A DNA stretch of 64,000 nucleotides from Gemmatimonadota bacterium (GCA_034521595.1 JAXHMG010000003.1:1824001-1888000), one strand, 5' to 3'. Counted from the first letter of the stretch, positions 39,518-51,036 are shown. Notes: a model not told the origin generated them from the sequence alone. Numbers and translations: made by a program.

Positions 39518-40575
39518 GGTATGTATGTCCTGTTCAAGTGACGGGTGTCCTGAATACGCTGGTCGGCGATCCGACCCGCGGCCTCTCCGGGGGACACCCC
39601 TTCAGCTTCCGCCAATGTGAAGATGCGGAGAAGAGTATCGTAGATCTCGCCGGCCTTGTCCCGGCTCTGTTCCTTCGTCCAACCCTGCAGCTCGCCGTAG
39701 ACGTTGATCACCCCCCCGGCGTTGATCACGTAATCCGGGGCGTAGAGGATCCCGGCCTCATGGAGGGCGGGACCGTGCCGAATCGTGCTCTCGAGCTGGT
39801 TGTTCGCCGAGCCCGCCACGATGTCGACCTTGAGCCGTGGAAGCGTTTCGTCGTTGACGACGGCCCCGAGAGCGCATGGAGCGAAGACATCGGCGTCGAC
39901 ATCGAAGATCGCATCGGGAACGACGGCGTCGGCGTCGAACTCGTCCACGACCCGCTCGATCCGGTCGCTGTCGATATCGGTCACGCTCAGCTTCGCGCCC
40001 TCGGCGGCGAGGTCCTCACAGAGGTGGTATCCGACGCTCCCGAGCCCCTGAACCGCGACGTGGAGCCCCTGCAGCGACTCGTCCCCGTATCGGGCGCGGA
40101 CACACGCCTTGATGCCCCGATAGACCCCATAGGCCGTGACCGGCGACGGATCACCGGACGTGCCCTCCAACCCGACGACATGCTCGGTCTCCAGAGCCAC
40201 GTACGCCATGTCCTGAGGGGACGTGCCTACGTCCTCGGCAGTGATATAGCGCCCCCCGAGCGATTCGATCGCCCGTCCGTGAGCCCGGAAGATCAGCTCC
40301 CGGTCCGCACCCTTCGGGTCACCCCAGATCACGGATTTGCCACCCCCGAGCGCGAGCCCGGTCACCGCCGCCTTGTACGTCATCCCACGGGCGAGGCGCA
40401 GCGCGTCCAGCACCGCCTCGTGCTCCGTCCGGTAGTTCCAGAAGCGTGTGCCCCCCAGCCCCGGGCCCAAGGACGTGTCGTGCAGCGCGATGATCCCCTT
40501 GTACCCGAACCGTGGCTCGGTCCAGAGCACCAGCTGCTCGTGCTCTCCCTCCGCCATCAAGTCGAACAGTTCCAT
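39514..40575 (-). CDS. Leu/Phe/Val dehydrogenase
   Basis: [46 protein letters not shown]. Confidence 0.93.
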   Translation of the reverse strand: MELFDLMAEGEHEQLVLWTEPRFGYKGIIALHDTSLGPGLGGTRFWNYRTEHEAVLDALRLARGMTYKAAVTGLALGGGKSVIWGDPKGADRELIFRAHGRAIESLGGRYITAEDVGTSPQDMAYVALETEHVVGLEGTSGDPSPVTAYGVYRGIKACVRARYGDESLQGLHVAVQGLGSVGYHLCEDLAAEGAKLSVTDIDSDRIERVVDEFDADAVVPDAIFDVDADVFAPCALGAVVNDETLPRLKVDIVAGSANNQLESTIRHGPALHEAGILYAPDYVINAGGVINVYGELQGWTKEQSRDKAGEIYDTLLRIFTLAEAEGVSPGEAAGRIADQRIQDTRHLNRTYIP

Positions 40576-40606
40576 TCCCCATCCCGTTGATCGTGGATCC
40601 GACGCT

Positions 40607-41770
40607 TCAGTCTCCCGCAGCCCGGAGCACCTCGCGCGCGATCACCTGACGCAGGATCTCGTTCGTTCCTTCGAAGATCTCGTAGCCTTTCGCGTCGCGA
40701 AGGAGCTTCTCGACCGGATAGTGTCGCATGTATCCGTATCCGCCGTAAATCTGGACGGCTTCGTCGGCGGCCCAGGTGGCGGCCTCCGACGCCACGAGCT
40801 TGGCCATCGCCGCACGTGCCGTCACACCGTCGACGCCCGTGCGCACACCGGTCGCGGTGTCCTGGAGCGCCTCCATGACACCGGCCGCTTCGTGGGCCAG
40901 CGCTCGCCCGGCGGACACGCGCGTCGCCATCTCCGCCAGCTTGGCCTGGATCGCGCCGAAACGAGCGATCTCGCGTCCGAATTGCTCCCGCTCGAGCGCG
41001 TAGCGAGCCGCGTGCTCCATGGACGCCCGTCCGACCCCGCTCGCCTGGACCGCGACGCCGATGCGGCCGAGGTCGAGCGCCGCGAGCGCGTAGCGGAGGC
41101 CCGCGCCTCGCTCTCCGAGAAGTCCCTCCGCGTCCAACTGCACCCCTTCGAGGCAGAGCGTCACGGTGTCCGAGGCCCGGAACCCCATGGTCGTCTCGCG
41201 TGTGCCCGGCTCGAGGCCGCCCGCTTCACCGGGCACGAGGAACGTCGAGATCTCGTCTTCCCCGGTGCGCGCGAAGGTCAGCACGAGCCCCGCCCGGACC
41301 CCGTTCGTCACCCACTTTTTCTCCCCGTCGAGGCGCCATCCGTCCCCGTCCGCCGTCGCGGCCGTCCGGAGCGCACCGGGATCGCTCCCGGCGCCGGCCT
41401 CCGAAAGCGCGAACGCACCGAGTGTATTCCCCGAGGCCAACTCCGGGAGCCACCGCCCCTTCTGCTCCTCGGAGCCATACCACCGCAGGAGTCCCGACAC
41501 GGGTCCGCTGTGGATGGACACGGCCAGGGCGACGGCCGGATCCCCCCAGGCGAGCTCCTCGAGGACGAGCAGATAGGTGACGAGGTCGAAGTCCAGGCCT
41601 CCGTGCTCTTCGTCGACGAGCATCCCGAGGAACCCCAGCTCGGCGAGCTTCCCGAAGACGTCGTCACCGAGCGAGCGACTCGCGTCCCACTCGTACGTGT
41701 ACGGACGGAGCTCGCCGGCCGCGAACTCGTGGGCAAGCGTTTGGATTTCCAGCTGTTCAGGCGTAGGCAT
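40607..41770 (-). CDS. Acyl-CoA dehydrogenase (short/branched-chain type)
   Basis: AFALSE..AGSD, G.KKWVTNG, REQFG, GGYGY, IFEGTNEI. Confidence 0.93.
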   Translation of the reverse strand: MPTPEQLEIQTLAHEFAAGELRPYTYEWDASRSLGDDVFGKLAELGFLGMLVDEEHGGLDFDLVTYLLVLEELAWGDPAVALAVSIHSGPVSGLLRWYGSEEQKGRWLPELASGNTLGAFALSEAGAGSDPGALRTAATADGDGWRLDGEKKWVTNGVRAGLVLTFARTGEDEISTFLVPGEAGGLEPGTRETTMGFRASDTVTLCLEGVQLDAEGLLGERGAGLRYALAALDLGRIGVAVQASGVGRASMEHAARYALEREQFGREIARFGAIQAKLAEMATRVSAGRALAHEAAGVMEALQDTATGVRTGVDGVTARAAMAKLVASEAATWAADEAVQIYGGYGYMRHYPVEKLLRDAKGYEIFEGTNEILRQVIAREVLRAAGD

Positions 41771-41806
41771 GTCTGCCGCGCTCCGTTGTCAGAGTCGGTC
41801 TTGTGC

Positions 41807-42667
<861 letters not shown>

Positions 42668-42668
42668 C

Positions 42669-43580
42669 TCAGTTGGTCTCCTTCGTCATTCGTACTCTTG
42701 GTCCGATGGCCACGAGCGGTCCCGCGGCCTGCACGTTCTCGCTCGGGTAGAGCCGACGCGTGCGCCAACACCACCATGTCGCTCCGGCCAGCACCAAGCT
42801 GACCAGGACGCTTCCTTCCGGTCCGAACGGGCCGCCTCCGAGCCAGGTGGGTCCCGCCGAGAGGGCCTCGTAGTAGGGCGCGTCGAACAGCTCGAGGCCG
42901 CTCACCGGCAGATCCGCGACGTACGCCCCACCCCAGTTCCAACCGACGTGTGCGCCCGTGGCCCACCACAGACTTCCGGTGCGGACCCATATCACGCCCA
43001 GCCACACGCCCGCTATGGCGATATTCACGACCGCCAAGGGCGTGATCCCCGGATTTCCCAGGTGCGCCAGAGCGAAGGCCACCGACGTGACGAGCAACGC
43101 CCGCTCCACGCCCCAGGCCTCCGCGAGTGCCTGGAAGGGATAGCCCCGGAGCAACACTTCCTCGGCCGCGGCCGGAAGCAGCAGGAAGACGAGGGCCGAA
43201 ACACCCGCCACGAGCCAACCGGTCGGCGTGCCCCCTTCCGGCGACCATGTCACCCCTCCCGCTACCGCCATCATCCCGACGGCGCCGAGGGCGATCAGAG
43301 TTCCGAGACCGGTTCCGAGTGCGAGCTCCGGAACGGCGCTCCGCCCTAAGTGGAAACCCAACGCCGCCGTCCCTCGCCCGTCCGCGGCCAGGAGCATCCA
43401 TCCCGCCAGAGCCCCGGCAACGAGCAAGGCCACCGAGCCCCCGAGCACCGAAGGGGGAAGCGCGAGTCCCACCGCGGCCGCCACCAGGACGGTGACCACG
43501 GCGAATGTCAGAAGACGCCATCCTAAACGGAGCCTCCCCGCGTCCGTCCTGAAGACACGCTCGGAGGCACCGTTCCACAC
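42669..43580 (-). CDS. CPBP (CAAX/Abi) family intramembrane protease
   Basis: [13 protein letters not shown] and HVGWN motifs; multi-TM. Confidence 0.88.
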   Translation of the reverse strand: MWNGASERVFRTDAGRLRLGWRLLTFAVVTVLVAAAVGLALPPSVLGGSVALLVAGALAGWMLLAADGRGTAALGFHLGRSAVPELALGTGLGTLIALGAVGMMAVAGGVTWSPEGGTPTGWLVAGVSALVFLLLPAAAEEVLLRGYPFQALAEAWGVERALLVTSVAFALAHLGNPGITPLAVVNIAIAGVWLGVIWVRTGSLWWATGAHVGWNWGGAYVADLPVSGLELFDAPYYEALSAGPTWLGGGPFGPEGSVLVSLVLAGATWWCWRTRRLYPSENVQAAGPLVAIGPRVRMTKETN

Positions 43581-43601
43581 GCCGATTCGGAATCGGCGCG
43601 G

Positions 43602-44186
43602 CTAGAGTCGCCCGAAGCTCGTGCCCCGGAGCGTCTTCGTGGCGAAGAACGCCAGCAGGATCTTCGTCACGTCTCCCGCGACGAACGGGAGCACGCCCAA
43701 GCTGAGCGCCGTGGCCAGCCCCCCTCCCGTGAGCATCAGCAGCCACGATACGCCACCGGCGTAGATCGTCGCGATGCCGAGGGTCAGTCCGAGGAGCATC
43801 CGCCCGGCACCGGCGTCCCGTCCGGAGATCGCGCCCACCACGTAGGCGGCCGCGGGCATCGCCAGCAGGTAGCCGCCGGTCGGACCGAGCAGCCACGGCA
43901 GGCCCGCGGCGCCGTTCGAGAAAACGGGCGCGCCCGCGGCGCCGATCGTCACGTACGAGGCGATCGCCAGTGCGCCCAGACGCGGTCCGAGCGCCGCGCC
44001 CGCCAGAATCACGAAGAGGGGCTGCAGCGTCATCGGGACCTGCGTCCACGGGAACCGGACGGCCACCTGGGCACCGAAAGCGGTCGCCAGCACGAAGGCC
44101 ACGAGCGCGAAGGCCCTGCGGGCCCGCGGATCCGTTACGACGTCCTGGACGGCCCAGGCTCTCAAGGTCTGCGTTACCGTGTTCAT
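43602..44186 (-). CDS. bioY: Biotin transporter BioY
   Basis: VPMTLQ, GAPVFS, LGPTGGYL, PFVAGD..K. Start ATG 44186. Confidence 0.92.
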   Translation of the reverse strand: MNTVTQTLRAWAVQDVVTDPRARRAFALVAFVLATAFGAQVAVRFPWTQVPMTLQPLFVILAGAALGPRLGALAIASYVTIGAAGAPVFSNGAAGLPWLLGPTGGYLLAMPAAAYVVGAISGRDAGAGRMLLGLTLGIATIYAGGVSWLLMLTGGGLATALSLGVLPFVAGDVTKILLAFFATKTLRGTSFGRL

Positions 44187-44247
44187 TCTGCTCGTCTCAC
44201 TCCTGTGCTCGGGAGTCGGTGGTGTCTTTCGTACGACCTGGCTCGGA

Positions 44248-45462
44248 TCAGCGCTTCTCGACGGAGAGGGCAACGGCGTTTCCGCCTCCGAGGCACAGCG
44301 TGGCCAGCCCCGTGTCGACGTCCTTCTGTGCCATGGCATTCAGGAGCGTGACGAGAATCCGCGTCCCCGAAGCTCCGATGGGATGCCCGAGCGCGACCGC
44401 GCCGCCGTTCACGTTGACCCGCTCCTCGTCCATTCCCAGCGCCCGCATGTCGGCGATCGCCTGGACCGCGAACGCTTCGTTCACCTCGAAAAGCCCGTAG
44501 TCGCCGATGGCCTTCCCTTCACGCGTCATCAGCTTCTGGACCGCGTCGACGGGCGCGAAGAAGAGGTCTTCCGGCTCGGTAGCGCCCGAAGCGTATCCGG
44601 AGATCACGGCGTCGTACTCCAGGCCGTGCGCCTGTGCGTACTCCAGCGAGGCGACGACGACCGCCGCGGCCCCGTCGTTGAGGCCCGGCGCGTTCCCCGC
44701 TGTCACGACGTGCTCCTCGATATCGTCCGGCGCGTCCCGCACGAAGGCGGGGCGCAGCTTGCCGAGCGCCTCCAGCGACGTGTCGGCGCGCGGACCCTCG
44801 TCCGTGTCCACGACGGTGACGCCGCGGCGGCCCTTCACTTCGACCGGCACGATCTCGTCCCGGAACCGGCCGCCCTCGATGGCTTCGACCGCTTTCTGAT
44901 GGGAGCGGAGACTGAAGGCATCGGCATCTTCGCGGGAGACCTCGGCCTTCTGTGCCGTATACTCGGCGTGTCCGCCCATGTGACAGTTGCCGAACGAGCA
45001 CCAGAGCCCGTCGAGAATCAGCCCGTCCTGCATCTTCTGATCCCCGAACTTGACGCCGTTCCTCATCCCTCGGACATAGTGCGGCGCGTTCGACATCGAT
45101 TCCATTCCCCCGGCCACCACCAGGCGCGCGTCCCCGGCGCGGACCGCCTGCGCGGCGAGCATCACCGCCTTGAGACCGGACCCGCACACCTTGTTCACGG
45201 TGACGGCGGGAATCGTCGCCGGTAGCCCACTGTTGACCGCCGCCTGGCGGGCGGGCGCCTGCCCCTCCCCCGCCGTCACGACGTTTCCGACGATCGCCTC
45301 CTCGATGTCGCCGACGTCGACGCCGGCGCGCTCGACCGCGGCACGGATGGCGATCGACCCGAGATCCGGAGCGGACACCGGGCCGAGCCCTCCGAGGAAG
45401 CGTCCGACGGGCGTGCGTGCGCCCCCCTTGAGAATGACCGCGGTCTTGGATGCGTCAGCCAT
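44248..45462 (-). CDS. Acetyl-CoA C-acetyltransferase (thiolase)
   Basis: NKVCGSG, NEAFA, GHPIGASG, LCLGGG. Start ATG 45462. Confidence 0.95.
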   Translation of the reverse strand: MADASKTAVILKGGARTPVGRFLGGLGPVSAPDLGSIAIRAAVERAGVDVGDIEEAIVGNVVTAGEGQAPARQAAVNSGLPATIPAVTVNKVCGSGLKAVMLAAQAVRAGDARLVVAGGMESMSNAPHYVRGMRNGVKFGDQKMQDGLILDGLWCSFGNCHMGGHAEYTAQKAEVSREDADAFSLRSHQKAVEAIEGGRFRDEIVPVEVKGRRGVTVVDTDEGPRADTSLEALGKLRPAFVRDAPDDIEEHVVTAGNAPGLNDGAAAVVVASLEYAQAHGLEYDAVISGYASGATEPEDLFFAPVDAVQKLMTREGKAIGDYGLFEVNEAFAVQAIADMRALGMDEERVNVNGGAVALGHPIGASGTRILVTLLNAMAQKDVDTGLATLCLGGGNAVALSVEKR

Positions 45463-45510
45463 ATCGTTCCTGAACCCCTTGATGTCCGGATCGTCGTCTG
45501 CGTTCGAGAG

Positions 45511-45574
45511 CTCCGGGTGCGCTCTGGAGCGAACCCGGAGAGCCACCAAGATACCCAAAAATACGGTAAGTCAA
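45511..45574 (-). promoter_or_regulatory. Possible internal promoter and leader hairpin upstream of the thiolase
   Basis: AT-rich patch with TTGACT, 15 nt spacer (short), TATCTT; then a strong hairpin at 45511-45540. Confidence 0.35.
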
Positions 45575-45604
45575 AGGACGAGCCCGCCGAGCGCTGACCG
45601 TTGC

Positions 45605-46495
45605 TCAGCCCGTGCTTCCCTCGCGCAGCGCCGGACGGTCCGCGTCGGGATCCAGCCGTCCCCACGCCGTCACCGGGTCGTGCTCGAACACGAGCAGCCA
45701 GTCCTCCTCGAGCGCCCGCGGCCACAGCCCCCGCTTCGACTCCAACGTCACGAGCGGCTCGAGGTCGTATCCCATGATCCACGGAAGCGGCAAGTGCGCG
45801 GTCGTGGGGCACACGTCGGCGAGGAAGCACGCGGTTTCGCCGTCGCTCTGCACCAGCACCGACTGGTGGTGCGGGGTGTGGCCGGGCGTCGGAAGCACGC
45901 TCACGCCTTCGGTGATCTCGGCCTCTCCCCGCACGAGATCCCACAGCCCCGCATCCGTCACGGGCTGGTGGTTCGCCTCCAGGTAGCTGGCCCGGATGCG
46001 CTCGTTCCGGCTCCGGGCCAGCTCGAGCTCACCCTCCTGCACCACGTAGCGTGCGTCCGGAAACGCGGGCCGCACGATTCCGTCCGCTCCGAGCACGGTG
46101 TTCCCGCCCGCGTGGTCGAAGTGGAGGTGGGTGTCGAGCATGATGTCGATGTCCGACGGCTCGAAGCCGACGTCGCGGATCGCGTCTTCCAGGCGGGTCG
46201 GATTTCCCTCGTTCTGCACGCCGTAGATGTCCCGGAACTTCTCGTCCTGCTTGTTGCCGATGCCGTTGTCGACGAGAACCAGGGCGTTGGGGGCCTCCAC
46301 GAGCAGGCAGCGAAGCGCGAGCGGAATGCGGTTGCGCTCGTCGGCCGGAATCCGCTTTTCCCAGAGGGGCTTGGGAACCACCCCGAACATGGCGCCCCCG
46401 TCCAGCCACTGCAGACCGGCTTCGAGCGCGTGGATGCGGATGGAGCCGATCCGGGTGGTGCGGCTCAGCGGTAGATCCTGGATGTCACGGGTCAT
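45605..46495 (-). CDS. MBL-fold metallo-hydrolase (YtnP-like)
   Basis: LDGGAMFGVVPKPLW, THLHFDHAGG, PGHTPHH, FEHD. ATG 46495 overlaps the upstream stop. Confidence 0.9.
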   Translation of the reverse strand: MTRDIQDLPLSRTTRIGSIRIHALEAGLQWLDGGAMFGVVPKPLWEKRIPADERNRIPLALRCLLVEAPNALVLVDNGIGNKQDEKFRDIYGVQNEGNPTRLEDAIRDVGFEPSDIDIMLDTHLHFDHAGGNTVLGADGIVRPAFPDARYVVQEGELELARSRNERIRASYLEANHQPVTDAGLWDLVRGEAEITEGVSVLPTPGHTPHHQSVLVQSDGETACFLADVCPTTAHLPLPWIMGYDLEPLVTLESKRGLWPRALEEDWLLVFEHDPVTAWGRLDPDADRPALREGSTG

Positions 46496-47112
46496 AGGCC
46501 TTCCAACGAAAATTGATCGGGGTCGGAGTTGCGGCGCCGGCGTCGAGCATACCCCTCGAGCGCATCGAGGTCCGCGACGCCGAGGCCGGCCGCCTCGCCC
46601 AGGAGCCGGAGCAACACCCTCGCCGTGGCCAGCGCGTCTCCTTTGGCCCGGTGTCGCCCGTGGATGGGCACGCCGAAGTGCCGGCAAACGACGTCGAGGT
46701 TGCGGCGCTTCAGCTCGGGAACGAGCCGGCGCGCGAGCCGCACGGTGCAGAGGCGCCGCACGTCGGGGGCCTCTCCGAGCGCGTCGATGAGCTCGCGCGA
46801 AACGAAGCTCCAATCGAAGGTGACGTTATGGGCCACGAAGACCCGGCCCCGAACCCGCTCGGCCACCGCTTCCGCCACGTGCTCGAAGTAGGGCGCGTCC
46901 CGGACCATTCCGGTGCTGATGCCGGTGAGCGCCTCGATCCCCGGAGGGATGGCGCCCCCGGGATTGACCAGGGTCTCGTACTCCCTCGTGATGCATCCCC
47001 CCTGGACCTCGACGATCCCGATATCGATGACCCTGTGTCCTCGCCGGGCCGACCCGCCGGTGGTCTCGACATCCACCACGGCGAACGGGATCTCGTCGAG
47101 GGCCCCGGTCAC
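46492..47112 (-). CDS. DEDDh 3'-5' exonuclease (DnaQ-like)
   Basis: VVDVETTG, VAHN..FD, HRA.GDA. Confidence 0.9.
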   Translation of the reverse strand: MTGALDEIPFAVVDVETTGGSARRGHRVIDIGIVEVQGGCITREYETLVNPGGAIPPGIEALTGISTGMVRDAPYFEHVAEAVAERVRGRVFVAHNVTFDWSFVSRELIDALGEAPDVRRLCTVRLARRLVPELKRRNLDVVCRHFGVPIHGRHRAKGDALATARVLLRLLGEAAGLGVADLDALEGYARRRRRNSDPDQFSLEGL

Positions 47113-47768
47113 TCCGAGGCTCCTCCTGCCTGGGTGATCGCGAACGAGAGCGCTTCGAGCTCCATGACCAGGCTCACATCCTCCACGCGAACCTTATCGG
47201 GCACGCGAAGTCGAATGGGAGCGAAGTTCAAGATCCCTTTCACGCCCGCGTCCACGGCCCGGGCAGCCAGCTCCTGCGCGGCCGAGCCCGGCACCGCCAG
47301 AATCACGAGCTCCACGCGCTCGGCCCGCAGCACCTCTTCGAGATCGGCCGAATCGCGGATCGTGACATCGCCCCACCGGCGCCCGATCTTTTCCGGGTCG
47401 GCGTCGAAGACGGCCACGCAATCGTATCCGCGGACCTGGAAATCCGGATAGGAGAAGAGCGCCGAGCCGATGCGGCCGGCTCCGATGAGCCCGACGCGCC
47501 ACGTACGATCCACGCCGAGGATCTGTCGCAGTTGGTTGCGCAGCTCGTCCACCTGATAGCCCAGACCCCGCTTCCCGAACGATCCGAAGTGGGATAGGTC
47601 CTTCCGCACCTGCGCGGCGGTCGTCTGGCCCCGCGCCGCCAACTCCTCGCTGGATACGGTCGACTCGCCGCCTTCGCTCTCGAACTCCTCCAGCGATCTG
47701 AGGTAGTGCGACAGGCGCCGGACGGTGCTTTCAGGAATACGTCTGGATACCGGGGGACGGGTGATCAC
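47109..47768 (-). CDS. rex: Redox-sensing transcriptional repressor Rex
   Basis: IP..TVRRL..Y, QVRKDLS.FGSFGKRG.GY, IGAGRIG, GILNF. Confidence 0.96.
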   Translation of the reverse strand: MITRPPVSRRIPESTVRRLSHYLRSLEEFESEGGESTVSSEELAARGQTTAAQVRKDLSHFGSFGKRGLGYQVDELRNQLRQILGVDRTWRVGLIGAGRIGSALFSYPDFQVRGYDCVAVFDADPEKIGRRWGDVTIRDSADLEEVLRAERVELVILAVPGSAAQELAARAVDAGVKGILNFAPIRLRVPDKVRVEDVSLVMELEALSFAITQAGGASE

Positions 47769-47798
47769 GCGCGCTGAACGACGGAAGGAGGCGACGGC

Positions 47799-47816
47799 TT
47801 GTGAAAAAGTTCACAA
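47799..47816. promoter_or_regulatory. Rex operator
   Basis: TTGTGAAAAAGTTCACAA is an exact match to the consensus TTGTGAA-N4-TTCACAA, 30 nt upstream of rex. Confidence 0.9.
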
Positions 47817-47818
47817 AA

Positions 47819-47847
47819 AAATTAGGCCGCGTGACGCCTCAGGGCAA
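47819..47847 (-). promoter_or_regulatory. Sigma-70-like promoter of rex
   Basis: TTGCCC (47847-47842), 17 nt spacer, TAATTT (47824-47819). The predicted start site falls inside the Rex operator. Confidence 0.6.
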
Positions 47848-48642
47848 CGCGAGGACGAGCTCGATGAACGCTTCCGGCGAAAGTCGCTCGGGTCGGTCGG
47901 TCAGGGTGATGTTCGCCCTCGCAGCGGCCTTTCGCGAGGCGGCTTCGGAGCACGAGATGTCGGGATGGTCACGCAGGATCGTCCCGAGCTGCTTCCGCCG
48001 CCACTGGAACGCGGCTCGCACCAGGGTCCTGAGGCGCGCCTCGATCTCGGGGGTCGTCCGCTCCGGCCGGAACGGCTCGATTCGGATGATCGCCGAGTCC
48101 ACCCGCGGCACGGGCCGAAACGCACCGCGTGCCACTTTGAAGAGCCTCGTGACGTGGGCCACGCTCCGCACCCCGACGGACAACGCACCGTACGCGCCCG
48201 TTCCGACCGGAGCGACGATGCGGTCGGCCACGTCGAGCTGGACCATGAGCACGATGACCGCCGGCCGCGGCCGCTCGAGGATCCGGAAGAGGATGGGCGT
48301 GGTGATGTTGTACGGGATGTTCCCGAGCACCCGGAGCGCGGAGGGATGCTCCACGTGATCGTTCAAGGGGGTCGTGAGCACGTCCCCGTGCACGACCTCG
48401 ACGTCGGAACGTCCCCGGAAGCGCGTTTGGAGATTCGCGGCGAGCGCGTCGTCGAGCTCCACGAGCACCAACCGCCGCACCCGTCCTTCCAGATGCTCGG
48501 TGAGCGCGCCCTGACCAGGGCCGATCTCCAGCACTTCGTCGTCCGGTCCGGCTTCCAGCGCCGCAACGATCTTGCGTTGGAGATTGGGATCGACGAGAAA
48601 GTTCTGGCCGAGGGACTTCTTCGCCCGAGGGCGCTCGGCCAT
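47839..48642 (-). CDS. rsmA: 16S rRNA dimethyladenosine transferase
   Basis: KKSLGQNFL, LEIGPGQGALT, GNIPYNIT, F.P.PRVDS. Confidence 0.95.
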   Translation of the reverse strand: MAERPRAKKSLGQNFLVDPNLQRKIVAALEAGPDDEVLEIGPGQGALTEHLEGRVRRLVLVELDDALAANLQTRFRGRSDVEVVHGDVLTTPLNDHVEHPSALRVLGNIPYNITTPILFRILERPRPAVIVLMVQLDVADRIVAPVGTGAYGALSVGVRSVAHVTRLFKVARGAFRPVPRVDSAIIRIEPFRPERTTPEIEARLRTLVRAAFQWRRKQLGTILRDHPDISCSEAASRKAAARANITLTDRPERLSPEAFIELVLALP

Positions 48643-48650
48643 GCCGCGAC

Positions 48651-50240
48651 TCAGACGCGGACGGCGAGCGCCGTCCGGTCGTCGCCCAGCGAGGGCCGCT
48701 GCTCGACCTGGTCCGTCAGGTCGAAGAGCGCGCGGATGATATCTTCCGGGCTGGAGAATCGCGTGCGAACCGCCGTCTCGAGCACGAGCCGCTCGCCGTT
48801 CCCACGGCTCGTCGTGGTCAGGGCGTCGGACAACCCGTCCGTGAACAGGAGGAGAACGTCCTCTCCAGCACGCCAGGAGCGAGACGTCTCGTGGTACGCA
48901 TCGCTTCCGGCGAAGCCCACCGGAGGATCCGTGGCGCCCAGCCGGTCCGTCGATCCCTCGGGCTCCACGGCGAAGGCGTGCGGATGCCCCGCGTTCGCGT
49001 AGACGAGGGTCCCCGCGGCCGGATCGATGACGCCGTAGAACACGGTGAGGAACATCTCGGTGGTCTCGAGCTCGTCCCGGAGGGCGTCGTCGAGCCCGCG
49101 GAGGACCGCGGCCGGGGAATCGTGCTCTCGCGCGTAGATCCCCGCGGCGCTCATGGCGAGCGTCATGATGAGCGCCGAGGGAAAGCCGTGCAGGGACACG
49201 TCCCCGAGCATGACCCCCACCCGACCACCCGAGAGCTCGAAGAGCTGGTAGAAATCCCCGCCCACCTGCTCGGTGGGCTGAACCCGCCCGGCCGCCTGGG
49301 CCGCCTCGAAGGCGGAGGGGTCGGGCAGCAGCTTCATCTGAAGGTCGTGGGCGAGCTCCATCTCCCGGACCATGCGCTCCCGGGAAAGCGTCTTGCGGAC
49401 CAGCCGGTTGTTCTCGATCGCGGCTCCGACCTGGGACGCGATCGCCGCGAGCAGCCGTTGGTTGGCCGCGTTGAAGCGGCTCCCGTCCCGGCGGCCGATG
49501 AGGTTCATGACTCCTACCGTCCGCGAGCCTCCTTGCCCCGGCGAATACCGGATTGGAACCGATAGGAACGAATCGCCCTCGCCTCCACTGTCCCGCTCAC
49601 CCGGAGTCGCCATCCGAGTCGCGATGAGGGACCGTCCTTCCCTGAAGACCATGGCCGTGATGGTATCCGGCTCGTCCGGGGAAACCGGTGCCTCTCGCCC
49701 GTCCTCTCCCACCTCCGCTGCGAGGTGCAGAGCGTCCGTCGTGGACCGGTGCACCCATATCGAGCCCCGCTTCGCGCCCATGACGTCACGGACTTCGTCG
49801 AGGATCTTGTGGGCGCCGTCCACCAAGTCGAGCGTGGATCCGAGGGTCTCGCTGATCGAATAGAGGAGGTTGATCTCTTCGAACCGCTCGGAGAGCTCGG
49901 CCGTGAACTGCTGAAGCTCCCGACCGGTGCGGGTCGCGTACGCGAGCATGGGCGCGAGCACCCCCACCGCGTCTTCAGCGTCGGGCGCGCCCGACGTCCC
50001 GACCTGGAGCTCGTACTCTTCGTCCGGGCCTTCGATGACGGTGCTGACGTAGGTGCGCTCTTCGGTCGCGCTTGCCGCGTCACCGTCCTCCGAGACGTAA
50101 AGGAGCTCGGACGGCGCTTCGGATTCGTTCGGCACCGTGGTCAGCCGCACGCGCGCTCCGAAACGCTCTTCGAAGGCCCTGACCGACTCGAGGAATGGTT
50201 CCGGCAGGATCCCGTGGACCCACCGGTCCGAAGGGCTCAC
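48651..50240 (-). CDS. GAF + SpoIIE/PP2C phosphatase (RsbU-like)
   Basis: GAF domain ending AAIEN, then LA..LQ..LLP, GGDFY, GDVS.HG, NAGHP, TDGL, DDRT. GTG 50240 overlaps the upstream stop. Confidence 0.9.
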   Translation of the reverse strand: MSPSDRWVHGILPEPFLESVRAFEERFGARVRLTTVPNESEAPSELLYVSEDGDAASATEERTYVSTVIEGPDEEYELQVGTSGAPDAEDAVGVLAPMLAYATRTGRELQQFTAELSERFEEINLLYSISETLGSTLDLVDGAHKILDEVRDVMGAKRGSIWVHRSTTDALHLAAEVGEDGREAPVSPDEPDTITAMVFREGRSLIATRMATPGERDSGGEGDSFLSVPIRYSPGQGGSRTVGVMNLIGRRDGSRFNAANQRLLAAIASQVGAAIENNRLVRKTLSRERMVREMELAHDLQMKLLPDPSAFEAAQAAGRVQPTEQVGGDFYQLFELSGGRVGVMLGDVSLHGFPSALIMTLAMSAAGIYAREHDSPAAVLRGLDDALRDELETTEMFLTVFYGVIDPAAGTLVYANAGHPHAFAVEPEGSTDRLGATDPPVGFAGSDAYHETSRSWRAGEDVLLLFTDGLSDALTTTSRGNGERLVLETAVRTRFSSPEDIIRALFDLTDQVEQRPSLGDDRTALAVRV

Positions 50241-50707
50241 GCCTGAACGCCGCCCTCGAGGGCGTCGCCCGAGTCGAATCTGAGGACGAGCGTCACCTGA
50301 TTCCCGCGATCGTTGAACCAGACTTCGTCCAGCAGCTCTCGCATGAGAAAGAGGCCGCGGCCGCAAGGCTTGCTGAGGTTCGCCGGCTCGGTGGGATCCG
50401 GCACCGAGCCCGGATCGAAGCCCCTTCCCTGGTCGGTGACGCGCGCTTCCAACTGCCCGTGTCCCAGCGTGATCTCCACCTTGACGCTCTTGTCGGGATC
50501 GTGGCCGTTCCCGTACATCATCGCGTTGGAGAGGGCTTCGGTGAGGGCGACCCGGAAATTCAGATCGAGCTTATGGGCTTTGGCGCGACAGTCGCGGCAC
50601 CGGAGCACCACATACTCCACCACCCGCTCGATGGAGCGGATATCGGAGGGCAACTCCAGAACGATGTCGCGATCCGTCGGTAACGGCATCTTCCCGTGCT
50701 CGATCAA
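50237..50707 (-). CDS. Anti-sigma factor / Ser kinase (RsbW-like)
   Basis: EALSNA..YGN, DQGRGFD, GRGLFLM HATPase motifs. Confidence 0.9.
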   Translation of the reverse strand: MIEHGKMPLPTDRDIVLELPSDIRSIERVVEYVVLRCRDCRAKAHKLDLNFRVALTEALSNAMMYGNGHDPDKSVKVEITLGHGQLEARVTDQGRGFDPGSVPDPTEPANLSKPCGRGLFLMRELLDEVWFNDRGNQVTLVLRFDSGDALEGGVQA

Positions 50708-51036
50708 AAGCCTTCCATGGCTTCGTCCTTCGTATCCGCGATCCGGAAGAGCGTGTCGAGCTTGGTCAGCTCGAAGAGGGTCCGCAGGTCCTCGTTCAGG
50801 CTGGACAGCCGCAGCTCTCCGCCCTGCTCCCGGATCTTCTTGGACAGGCTCACCAGCACCCCGAGCCCCGAAGAATCGATATACCCCGTATTCGAGAAGT
50901 CGATGACGAACTTCCGGTCCCCCTTGTCCAATCGCTCGAGCACCTGCTGCTTGAGCTCCTGGCGATTGCCGACGATGAGCTGGCCCTCGACTTCGACGAG
51001 CGTGATCTCACCGTTCTGCGACACCTGAAAGCCCAT
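50704..51036 (-). CDS. STAS anti-sigma factor antagonist (RsbV/SpoIIAA-like)
   Basis: YIDSSGLG phospho-acceptor motif, FELTKLD. Start ATG 51036. Confidence 0.92.
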   Translation of the reverse strand: MGFQVSQNGEITLVEVEGQLIVGNRQELKQQVLERLDKGDRKFVIDFSNTGYIDSSGLGVLVSLSKKIREQGGELRLSSLNEDLRTLFELTKLDTLFRIADTKDEAMEGF

